Below, piece by piece: positions 53,594-64,000 of a DNA stretch of 64,000 bases. The translations under genes and the position numbers were made by a program. Origin of the DNA: Camelus ferus (Eukaryota); the NCBI RefSeq assembly GCF_009834535.1, contig NC_045696.1, forward strand, positions 68,388,001-68,452,000. The letters run 5' to 3'. Each line of letters opens with the position of its first letter. The first letter of the stretch is position 1. Below the pieces are notes generated by a model. That model had not been told where the DNA came from. It did not search any database and was given only the letters and a program-made list of their open reading frames with translations.

Positions 53594-54022
53594 TGACCCC
53601 TGAACTCTAGTGTTCATAAGGCCTGGATTTGGGCCTGATTTTCAAAGACATCCGGCTTGACCTTGAACTGAGTCTCAATTTGTATGTCTTTAAAGTGGGG
53701 ATAATAGAGTAGATGGTCTGGGCCTTAGGAAAGAGGTCTGGACTATAGATACATAGATAGTGGAATCATTCATTCATTCCACAAACTTATTTATTGAGTG
53801 TTTACAACATGCCCCTAAACTGGGCTGGATGTCTGTTTACCTAAGAGGAGCTCAGGTATTTGAGAAGCAGCAGTCATAGAAAAGGGGGGGGGGGGATCCA
53901 GAGGAATGTGGTGATAAAAGGGGGAGAAAAAAAAATCAAAATAGAGAAAAGGCCATTTCAAGAGGCAGGCAGCCAGCAGCAAGAGGCCGGGATGTGGCCG
54001 TTGGAATCATAGGGTTTTATGG

Positions 54023-54335
54023 TAGGGTCTCAGCCAACTATGGCCTGTGGGCTAATTTTTGAAATTCTGTGAGCCAAGAATGGTTTTGATATTTTTAAAT
54101 GGCTAAAAAAAATCAAAAGAACACTATCCTATGACATGCAAATTATGTAAAATTTAAATTTCAACGTCCATAAATAAGGTCTTGTTGGCACGCAGCCTCT
54201 CACTTGTTTACGTATTGTCTCCGGCCGCTTCCAGGCTACAGCGCAGAGCTGAGCAGCATGTCCGAGAGTGTCAGGCCCACAAAGCGTAAAACATCTGTTG
54301 TCTGGCTCTTTGCAGAAACACTTTGCCGATCTCTG
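54023..54335. mobile_element. hAT-Charlie non-autonomous DNA transposon (MER58B-like)
   Basis: Degenerate terminal inverted repeats (TAGGGTCTCAGCCAACT ... CTTTGCCGATCTCTG) and internal AAGAATGGTTTT..TTTTTAAATGG..AAAAAATCAAAAG and TCCATAAATAAGG matching the recalled MER58 consensus. Confidence 0.8.
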
Positions 54336-54754
54336 CTGTCGAGGGGAAAAATACTGGCCAGGCAGCTGGGGTATCTGCGTTCTTATTCTGACTTTGACCC
54401 TTTTTAGGGCCGTGGGCAAACCCTGACCTTCTCACTGGGCCACAGTGGTCTCTCTCTGTGAAACCGTGAGAATGCTGTGGATGAACAGTTTTCAAACTGA
54501 GCATCATTTGGGTTCTGCAGCCCCGCAGGGCAGGACTGGAAGCCTCTTTCCCTTTCCAGTTTCCATTTAATTGAAAAAAGAGTCCGTGGCTTACACGTGT
54601 GGAAACTACTGTCATAGGCAATGCTGACTTTGATGAGTTTATGGCACCTCTTTGGGTAGCGAGGAGCACACATATAACCCATATCACAAGTGTTAACCTG
54701 AAAAGGTGGTTATTTTTATTCACTTGTTTATCAGTCTTTGAATGAGTATCTTCT

Positions 54755-54915
54755 TACTTGCTGTTTGTTCTTGGGCAAATCGACTATCTTCTCAGGACCT
54801 TAGTTCCTCCTCTGTAAAATGAGCCTGATAATAGCACGTACCTCCTAGAGTTGTATTAAGTTAATGGATTCCCTAAAGTGTTCTGAACAGTGCTTGGACA
54901 TCACAAGAGTCCAGT
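54755..54915 (+). mobile_element. MIR SINE in intron 9
   Basis: CTTGGGCAAAT...CCTTAGTTCCTCCTCTGTAAAATGAG..TGATAATAGCAC..ACCTCCTAGAGTTGT. Confidence 0.7.
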
Positions 54916-55199
54916 TCACATTTGGTTTATAATGATTTGTTAGACTTTTAGATGAGCAATATGTAAGAATGAGGAGCGACCTCCAGAGAATGTTGACAGA
55001 GTCCCTGACAGAAGGGGAAGCCAGGGCTCAGAGGGAAATGCCCTGCTCAGAATGGACACACAGCAGCGGGGGGGATAGATGAAGGAGGGGGACATGTCTC
55101 CCAAGACCAGGGCTCCTTCTAGTCACTGTCCTGTCATTTTACTTTTTTATTTTCCTAAATTTATTTCCATTTTTATATGAAAGCATATTCTCTATATGA

Positions 55200-55460
55200 A
55201 CTTATTTTGTTACACTTTTGCTAGAGAGCAGTTTTAGATGTACAGAGACGTTTCAGAGAGAATACAGAGTGTTCCCATATGCACGTCCCCTGTTGCTAAC
55301 ATCTACCAGTAGGGCACATTCAGCACAACTAATGAACCCATAAGGGTACATGATTATTAACTAAAGTCCATACTTTATTTGGATTTTCTTAGTTTTTACC
55401 TAAAATGGCGTTTTTCTGTTCCAGGCTTGCCTTCAGGTTACCCCGTGATGTATAGTCATC
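55200..55460 (-). mobile_element. old L1 (L1MC-like) 3' end in intron 9
   Basis: ACAACTAATGAACC..TTATTAACTAAAGTCCATACTTTATT..TTTTTCTGTTCCAGG. Confidence 0.7.
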
Positions 55461-56183
55461 CATTTCACTTTTAAGTAACTTTTCCACTGAAATTGTCATC
55501 CATGCATTGAATCAAAGGAAGAAACAGCTCTACTTGCTGATACTTTGTTACCTTATCTAAGTTAAAGGAATGTAAATGCATATTTTAAAGCATGTCCTAA
55601 ACTCGAGAATTTTCATAAATTCAGACCGCTCTAATCCATTTGTCCAGATATTTTCAGATTTATTGCATAATTGCCTAAGAGGTATTTTCTATATTCTGGG
55701 AAGATTATAAGTTTAGTAAGAAGAAGTTACCACCATCAAAGCATTCCCCACCTAAGAAGGACGGTAATTCATGAGACGGCAAGGCTCTCTGGCATTACCC
55801 GGCAAGGCCAGAAATCTTACAGAGGTCAAAGGAAAAAGGGATTGTCTTCATCCTAGGGAGATGCAGAAAAGCCTTAATAATTAGGGGAGTGTGCATATGA
55901 ACTGCGTTTTGGGGTAAGACTTGAACTTGTGGAGCTAAAGCAGGGAAATGCATCTCAAGCAAGGGAAAGCGCATGAGCAACACTTTGGAAAGCAGGGAAA
56001 GGACATTTGCAGAAAGCTTACTTGTCGCTTAGCAGAAGCCAGGACTCATGTGGGTTCTCAACCTGGCCTTCCAGAAGGAAGAGCTGCCCCCTTCCTCGAA
56101 GGGAGATGCTCCTTCTCAAGGTCCTTGAGTTGTGTCCGTTTCCTGGGTTGATGACTAACGGTGTGCCTCTGGTTCTCCTTCAG

Positions 56184-56327
56184 TGCGAAAAGTGCAACCT
56201 GCATTTCCGTCACAAAAGCCAGCTGCGTCTTCACTTGCGCCAGAAGCATGGGGCCATCACCAACACCAAGGTGCAGTACCGCGTGTCCGCCACTGACCTG
56301 CCCCCAGAGCTCCCCAAAGCCTGCTGA
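56184..56327 (+). CDS. BCL6: BCL6 exon 10 coding part, zinc finger 6 and stop
   Basis: CEKCNLHFRHKSQLRLHLRQKHGAITNTKVQYRVSATDLPPELPKAC-TGA; acceptor CTTCAG|; 144 nt. Confidence 0.98.
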   Translation, partial: CEKCNLHFRHKSQLRLHLRQKHGAITNTKVQYRVSATDLPPELPKAC

Positions 56328-57386
56328 AGCACGGAGTGTTGATGCTTTCGAGCCCCTTCTCAGAATCTACCCAAAGGATACTGTAACACTTTACAATGTT
56401 CATCCCATGATATAGTGCCTCTTTCATCCACTAGTGCAAATCATAGCTGGGGGTGGGGGTGGGGGGAGGGGGCCGGGGGGCCAGGGAGCCCAGGCAGCTC
56501 CCCTTCCCCCGCTGCCGTAAAACATTAAGAAAATAATATTGCTTCTTCTCCTATGTGTAAGGCGCACCATGTCAGCAAAAAGCAAAATCATTTTATATAT
56601 CAAAGCGGGGGAGTATGCAAAAGTCATGACTTAACTTAGTCTGCAAAATGAGGAATGTATATGTTTTGTGGGATCACATGTTTCTTTTGTATGTAAATGT
56701 GCATTCTTTTAAAAGAAGAGACTTCGGTATGTTATCAAAGAGAGGGCTTTAATTTTTTTAACCAAAGGTGAAGGAATATATGGCAGAGTGTAAATATATA
56801 AATATATATATATATAAAATAAATATATATAAACCTAAAAAAGATATATTAAAAATATAAAACTGCGTTAAAGGCTCGATTTTGTATCTGCAGGCAGACA
56901 CGGATCTGAGAATCTTTATTGAGAAAGAGCACTTAAGAGAATATTTTAAGTATTGCATCTGTATAAGTAAGAAAATATTTTGTCTAAAATGCCTCAGTGT
57001 ATTTGTATTTTTTTGCAAGTGAAGGTTTACAATTTACAAAGTGTGTATTAAAAAAAAAAGAACAAAAAAAGCTGCGGAAGGAAAAATGTGTAGTTTTGTT
57101 CTAGTTTTCGGTTTGTATATACCTGTACAACGTGTCCTACGGTGCCTTTTTCCATGGAAGTTTTCAACTGGGGACGAACGCGCCATCCCTTTTTGAAGTG
57201 TAGGCAGACACAGGGACTTGGAGTTGTCACTAACTGAGCTCTCTTTGGGAATGTTTGTCTCATCACATTCTGCGTCATGCTTGTGTTATAACTACTCCGG
57301 AGACAGGGTTTGGCTGTGTCTAAACTGCATTACCGCGTTGTAAAATATAGCTGTACAAATACAAGAATAAAATGTTGAAAAGTCAA
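56328..57386 (+). other. BCL6: BCL6 3'UTR
   Basis: AT-rich, repeat-free sequence after the stop codon, ending shortly after AATAAA. Confidence 0.85.
57366..57371 (+). terminator. polyadenylation signal AATAAA
   Basis: AAGAATAAAATG, preceded by UGUA motifs (TTGTAAA, CTGTACA) and followed by U/GU-rich sequence. Confidence 0.85.
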
Positions 57387-60300
57387 GTCAGCTTGTTCCA
57401 GGGGTCTTTCCTTGTGCCGGAATCGGGACTTGAAAGGGTCTGTTTCCCCAGCTTTTCCCCTGATGGGAGGTGCTCGTGGAGTGCAGCAGCTGATGGCTCG
57501 GGGGTCTCTTGGCTGGGGTTTGCTCCTGGTAGCTGGGCAGGGACCCACCTTTGGCTCCTGGCACCAGGATGGACCACAAACTCCGGATTCTGGTCAGGAG
57601 GGGCTCGGGCAAGGGCTTTTGGATGGACCTCTCACCTCTGTTTCTGGCTAGTTCCCTCCTCTTTCTGTGTTTTCACTCAGAGCTCTAGGCTGAGCTTTAA
57701 ATGAAAGACCTCAGTTTTAGCCCTTCTGACACCAGTATATGAGTCCTCACCTCCTTTAGGCCTTGGAGAATTTGCCCATTCTGTGAAGCAGGAAGGCTCA
57801 TCTTGTCTCCTGGTTTCATAAATAATTTCTCTCTGCCGGGATCCAGTGTGAAGGTGTCTGCTCTGGTTCATGCATCTCTCAGCCTTGGTGATTCAGAGAC
57901 TGCTCTCTGCTGGGTGATGGACAGACGTCTACAGACTCAGAAGCTTTCTGAATTGCTACTAGCCAAGCCAGCCTCCATCCTAGCAGAAGAGTTCTTTGTC
58001 CCCAGAACTCAGTGGTGCAATCAGCCATCTTCTCCTGTGTGACTTAGGGCAGCATTTCCCTTCTGGGTCCCCCTCCCACCCTGTCCCTGAGGGGTTGGAT
58101 TAACTAGACCATTTATGATTCCATGAATCAGACTTAAGTTCACTCTATGGCTTTGGCACCCAGTTTTATTTTACCTAGAAAAACCTGAGGGACCAAGTTT
58201 GATTGACAGGGACTAAGAGAAGAGAGTACAAGCTTGGTCCTGGCCCTTGGCCCAGGGGAGAAAGTCCCCACCCACCTCTTCCCGTTCCTGGGTGGCAGAG
58301 GGGCGGGGACATGAAGCAGAACCTTTTCCCGGGCCCTCGGGCCACTGGCTGGACAGTGGTGTCACTTGGCAGTGCCCCCGCAGCAGGCTTGGAGCACGTG
58401 CGGGGAAGCCAGCAGTAGCTGACCACCCAGCCCCAGAGACAGCCTCACAAAGTGACACCACCCTCTGCCAGCCACACGGCGTTCTGGCTCAGGTTTCCTC
58501 TGAAAATTACTTTAAAGAACCTCCCAGCTCCAAGCCTCAGCTCACCTTGCTCTTTGAAAAGGGAGAAAATGATCCCTGGGCTCCCATAGAAACTTGGCCG
58601 AAGAGCTTACAAAACAGGCAGCTTAAGGAATGACGATTCACAGGACCAAGGGAGGCCTGTGCAGGCCGCTTTGCTTCCCAAGGGCCTCGGACTGTGCTTA
58701 CATGTCATCACTGTCTAACAGAGGGACGAGGGGGGCTGAGACAGACAGTGAGGGTGGCATTCGAGTTCAAATGAAAGGGAAGATCAAAGAGTAACTGCAG
58801 CCAATGGCGATCAATGATAAGTAAGGCAAACGTCTCTAAACAGATAAGCTAAGGCAAAGGGAATGTAGAATTTTTATTGTAAAAGCGTGACACGAACGCT
58901 ACTTTTAGAAAACGCATAACTTAAAAAACAGGGTGTGTGATGTTCTTCTCTATGTTGTGAGATTTTTAGGGGAAAGATTTTTAAGGACCAGAGTAGTGGC
59001 TGGAGGATGGACCCAGAGAGGTGGGTTGATTAGAACTAACTCAGGAGCTGGAAGGGATGGAGGGTGGTAAGGATCACCTAGTTCATGTCTGTCCTCGACC
59101 CATGAAAGGACTGAGGCAGGAGACGGGAAGGAACTTGGCTACTGTCACTCAGTGCTCTGGGACAGAGAGTGGAGGGCTGTTTCCTGCCCCTGACCCCACC
59201 CTGAGGGAAGGAAGAACAGACACAAATGTTCCCATTTTAGAAATGAGAAAACTGAGGAGGGACTTGTCCAAGGTCACACAGCTCAGAAGTGGTCAACTAA
59301 TCTGAGTTCACACAACTGGTTGTTGCTAGAACTTCAATCATTTCCTTTTTGGGGGGAAAAATGAGCTATTCCCTTTGGAATCTGGGTTCCCATTCCTCTC
59401 TCTGCATCACTCATAGTAATAGTTTTATTAAACGGCGGTGATGACATCTTATGATTTTCAAAGCACCTTCCAGCACAATGTTCTACGCAGCCTGCCATGG
59501 GTTGGGGGATTCTGGTCTCCGATCTCTAGACCATTCCATCCCACTGACAACCGCTTCAGTCACGTCTCTGCCTCCCCTCGGACATCACCCACCACACGTG
59601 GTCTGGTCTGTGTGAGTCCCTGTTTCCTGGAACCAGAGGGCACAATTTACCCAGGCGCCCAGTTTTGAGGTGTCTACCAACAGGAAGACTCTTAAATACT
59701 CTTAGATTGGGTTCAGTGTTCTCAGTAGTGGAGGCTGAGGCATGCTGCGATCCATCTGAGGTCAAACACAAAGAGTAGTTTACCCAGTGTACTGTAACCG
59801 CTTGGAAAGACAGTGCTCCTCCTAGCTGCCAAGGCAGGGACAGGAGCCCAGCCCTGGGTGAGTGTATGCAACATAGGGCCACACACCTTCACTGAAGGAG
59901 GAAAGAGCGTCAGCATCACTAAGGAGGTGGCCTTCTAAAAAGGCAGACACTGACGCAGGAGGGCTGTGGAGTCTGGGAAGGGCACCCAGAGGGGCTCAGA
60001 GCCCCTGAAGGACTGTGTTACTTCTAAGTCCTTGGGGTCTTTCCTTCTTATTAAACGAGTCTGACTCATTTAACCTCAAGTGACTGGCTGCTCGGCACAT
60101 CTGAGAGATGAGCTTCCTGGTCTCTCCCTCTCATGTGCACTTGAAACAAGCGTGCTTAGAGTCTGAGTCACAGACTATCATGACTGAAGGGGCCTTAGTG
60201 ATTCTGATCTTAGTCTGCAGGTGAAGAAACCAGGCCCCAAGGGGAAAGGACACAAGCCTAAGGTCGTATCGAGAATTTTTATCAAAGAGGTCTCCTGACT

Positions 60301-60650
60301 CCCAGGTGGTTTGTAACATGGTCCCAGCCTTCGGGGAGTGTGCAGTCACGTTGGGAAGATAAAACATGGACATATATAGAAGTAAAATCACAAAGAGACA
60401 CAGAGACAGACCCTTGTGGCTAATGAATGATGCTCTGGATAGTTCAGGGGCTTTGAGGAAAAGGATGCTCAGAATGGCAAACAGCTGCTTCAGGGCAGCA
60501 CAGGGTGGCTGGCCAGCTGGGTGGGTGGCTGGGTGGAAGTACTCTCAGGACTTTTAAGCATCTGCCTCCTTTCTGTGGGACTGTAGTGCCTCCCTCTGTC
60601 TGGAAAGAGCTGTCCTCCTTGATGTCCCCAATAGGAGCCATCTCTGGAGG

Positions 60651-61118
60651 TGGTTTAGTTTGCAAGGGCTGCCTTAGCAGCGCACTGCAAGCTGAGTGGC
60701 TCAGACAACAGAAATGAGTTGTCTCCCAGTCCTGGAGGCTAGGACTCTGAGATCCAGGTGCTGGCAGGGTGGGTTCCTTCTGGGAGCTGGGAGGAAGGAT
60801 CTGCTCTTAGGGTTGTCCTCTAGCTGCCGGCAGTCGGCTGGCCCTCCTTGGCATGCCTTTGCTTTTGGAAGCATCCCCTTGACCTCCATCTTCGTCCTCA
60901 CCTGGTGTTCTCCCTCTGTGTGTGTCTCTGCGTCCAAATTTCCCCTTTTGTCTATAGATAGCAATCATATGGGAGCAGGGTCCATCCACCCTAATGATCT
61001 CATCTTAACTAATTACATCTGCCATAACCCTATTTCCAAGTCAGGTCACATTCTGAGGTGCTGGGGTTAGGAGTTCAATGGAAGAATTTGGAGGAGGAAC
61101 ACAGTTCAGCCCGTGACA
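60651..61118 (-). mobile_element. MaLR solo LTR (MLT1-type, MLT1C-like)
   Basis: TG...CA ends; CAACAGAAAT..TCTCCCAGTCCTGGAGGCTAG, CATCTTAACTAATTACATCTGC..ACCCTATTTCCAA..AGGTCACATTCTGAGGT, CACAGTTCAGCCCGTGACA. Confidence 0.85.
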
Positions 61119-62670
61119 GGACTGTTTGTAGGGGGAGTGGTGAGATGCTCTTGGCAGTGGCCACCCTCACCTCATCCTTGCATGTGCTCCTGCGGTTTGA
61201 GGTGAAGGAAGTGAGATTTGGAGGGCCTCCTCAACTCCAGCCACCAGGCGTGTCATCATGGCCTCAGTCACGTTCCAGCCACCCACTGAGGGGGATTTGC
61301 TTGACCCCTCCCAGATGAAGAAGCGAGGTCACACTGCCACGCAGAGCCTCAGCTCTTTCCAAACCCTTTAACTAGCTGTGTCTTTCTTATCAATGGTGGG
61401 TCTCCCCTCAGAAGAGCACTGGGGGCAAATTATCTATGCTCGACAAGCAACCCCGCTTTCATCATGTGGAATGGAGAAAAGTCTAGATCCACGTACTTCT
61501 CTGTGGAATAAGAATCACCAAGCACCATTACAGGTTTGATAAAAGCCCCTGAACAAGAACAGGGGGCCATTATAGTTACTGGTGTTTTGAAAAGTCATGG
61601 AGTTTTGCGCTCACCCTGGTGATGGTCTGACCCTGCAGCTCTCTGCCACAGGAGCATTTAGAAGTACTTCTGCCTGCTCCCCCGGTGACACTCGTGCAGC
61701 CAGAGGTGAGAATCTCTTACTCTAATCCAGCCCCTTCATCATACATAAAAGGAAGCCAAGTGACATTAAGCAAAGGTTCTAGAAGGATTAGCACACAGTT
61801 CTCCAAATACCTAAGCCAGTTTTCTGCACTCTAAGTGATTGTTTTCTTCATATGTCATCCTATATGGAATCACTTCTTTGGTATGACCCTATGGGAGCAA
61901 AACTTGGGCCAATGGGAAGAATTATAAAAAGGCAAAGCTGAGCTGGATAGAATGAAAGATTTCCGTTGATGTCTAAGGAAGGAATGGGCTTTGGGTCGGC
62001 TGCTGGGCTCATCCCTCAGGTGATTAAGCAGAAGATGCACAGTGAGTTGGAATCAGTGTTGACTTGGGGCGACAGTTAGGCTAAATGACTCTAAGGTCCC
62101 TCTCAAGCTTGAGATGTTCTAAGACCCCATCCCATTTAGAAACTGGTTTCGACCTGTGGGGAGAGGTCAGGAGTACGGGTCTGCTATGAATATCAAGAGA
62201 GAAGGGCATGATCACGCAAGTCTGGGGCCATTTTGTGTAGAGCTGGGCAGCTCCCATAGCCCTAAACTGAGCTGATTCGAGGGGCGGCTGGTGTCCATCT
62301 CTTTTTTCCCAGCCCACCTGGCTTGGGGTTTCACACACATCATTTTCTGAGGGTGGGACTATCCCTCATCTCCCACTGTTCCTACCTGGAGCTCCCTATC
62401 CTTCAGCCACATGGAGAAATTCATTTCCCAAACACAGCAGCGTCTTTGACTACACCACGCCCCCTGCTTAGCATGTCTTTTTCCTCCTACTCTCCCCCAA
62501 CCCTGGAAACTCTTTAAAAACCATCCATCCATGAGTTTCCTCCTCCTGGAAAACTGTGAGCATCTGTACAGGTTTGTTGAATGGTGGAGTGAGAGAGTGA
62601 GTGTGTCATTAAGGGTTCCAGTCGTTTTTCGAGCTCTCCTGACGCCTGGATTTTAAGACAGTTATTCCAG

Positions 62671-62701
62671 TGCAGTCTAGCAAATAGCCACCAGGTGGCA
62701 G
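62671..62701 (+). promoter_or_regulatory. CTCF motif with upstream module
   Basis: Core CCACCAGGTGGCAG at 62688-62701; upstream TGCAGT at 62671-62676, 11 bp before the core. Confidence 0.8.
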
Positions 62702-64000
62702 GGTAGGCCAAGCCGTGAAGGCCACAGGTACCTCTTCTTGAAAAGTAGGAAGGTGTAGATGGAGTCAGTGCCATTTTTTCCAGTTGGCCTCCTATGCCTT
62801 TTTGCCTGTTCCCTTCCTGCAATCCTCTTCTTCATCTCAGCGAAGCCATCCAACAGAATCGGTTACAGGATGTGATTTGAGGTCCTCTGGCCACCAAACC
62901 TCTCCTTCAGAGACCTACCTGGGTGTGTCGATTTCCACTGAGAAAGTCATTCGAGTCTCGGGTTGCAGTTCTCCTTGGAAATGAGGGAGTCATGTGCCAA
63001 TTCTCAGGCGAAAGAAACCAATCCCTGGCAGAACCCTGGAGTGAGGCAGAGGCTTATGGGAGGATTAGTAAGTATAACTAACTTTAGCGATCACCGGGGG
63101 CTGTCATTTCCAAGTGCTCACTTAATCCTCACCATGACCTTGCCAGTCAGGGAGGAAAGAACCCCATCGGGCAGATGAAGAATCTGAGGTTCAGAAAGGA
63201 GAACACATGAGGAGGGAGTGGCAGGCTGGGAATGAACCTCTGCTTCTGACTGGCGATCAGGGGCTCAGCTCCCTCCAGCAGCACCTTCGTGTGTGGGCGG
63301 GTGGATTAAAAGTTAAGCTCACATCATCACACTACCTTCACACGCCCTAGTGCACGGCTCTTCCAACTGCACAACGCAGGCTGAGGACAGAGTTCAGGGT
63401 CTCAGAACTGCAATTCTCTTCAGATTTAAATCACAAATTCTGAATGGAGACAGAGAGGAAGCCACCAGGCATGCTGTGGGGCTCGCCCCCCATGTCAGAG
63501 TGTTGCCCTGAACTCAGGTGCCCGGTACCAGATGGCTACCTCATTCCTCCCCTTCGATGCTGAGGGCCTGGTGGAGGCCCTAAGCTTTGCTCCCCTGTTT
63601 ATATTCAGTGACCCTGGGAAGCTGTGGGTGGAGGACATCATCTAACCCCTACTGACCCGGGCTCGGCCAGTGAGATCCAGGACAAACAGCTCTGGCTTTG
63701 GCTCAGGGTCACTGGCCTTGGTCAGGAAGAGTCTTCTCCGTGGTCCTCAGTTTCTGGCTATAAATGAAAAGATTGCCCAGGATGGTGTCCCAGGCATGGA
63801 GAAACCATGACTCTGGCTTTTCCAGGCTATGTAGCTGGGAGACAGAGATGGATGATTCCTCCCGCTGGAGGTGTCCTGAGAATAGAAATCAGGCATTTGG
63901 ACCACAGAGTTCTGAGTGCTGGAGGCCAGCCCTTTCTCATCTGGTGCTGCCAGTGTTCCCTGTACCCAGCAGACCAACATTCACACATCTGGGCTTTGAG

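Noticed and set aside
57047..57059. ATTAAA as a proximal poly(A) signal
   Set aside because: It merges into a genomic A-run, so apparent 3' ends here could be oligo-dT internal priming; no support from sequence alone.

Overview
Mammalian genomic DNA, not prokaryotic. The window holds the complete BCL6 locus on the + strand: about 33 kb of upstream DNA, a CpG-island promoter, two alternative non-coding first exons, a non-coding exon 2 and eight coding exons. The coding exons (161+222+972+185+168+131+138+144 = 2121 nt) all have GT-AG boundaries and give an intact 706-aa BTB/POZ - RD2/PEST - 6x C2H2 zinc-finger repressor, followed by a ~1.06 kb 3'UTR. Four copies of a short tRNA-derived SINE resemble the camelid Vic-1 type, suggesting a camel, llama or alpaca genome (inference). 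The rest is ordinary eutherian repeat landscape (MIR, L2, L1, MER58, MLT1, microsatellites). I found no clearly new gene system. The best second-look observations are: (1) both first exons splice an upstream ORF onto the same exon-2 stop, in frame with BCL6 and 8 codons before its AUG; (2) an ungapped 82-bp direct repeat at the two ends of intron 7; (3) inverted SINE copies flanking exons 3-5; (4) a tiny 5'-inverted L1 insertion with a perfect 17-bp TSD; (5) two divergent CTCF motifs. Repeat family names and comparisons to human come from recall, not database searches, and old-repeat boundaries are approximate.
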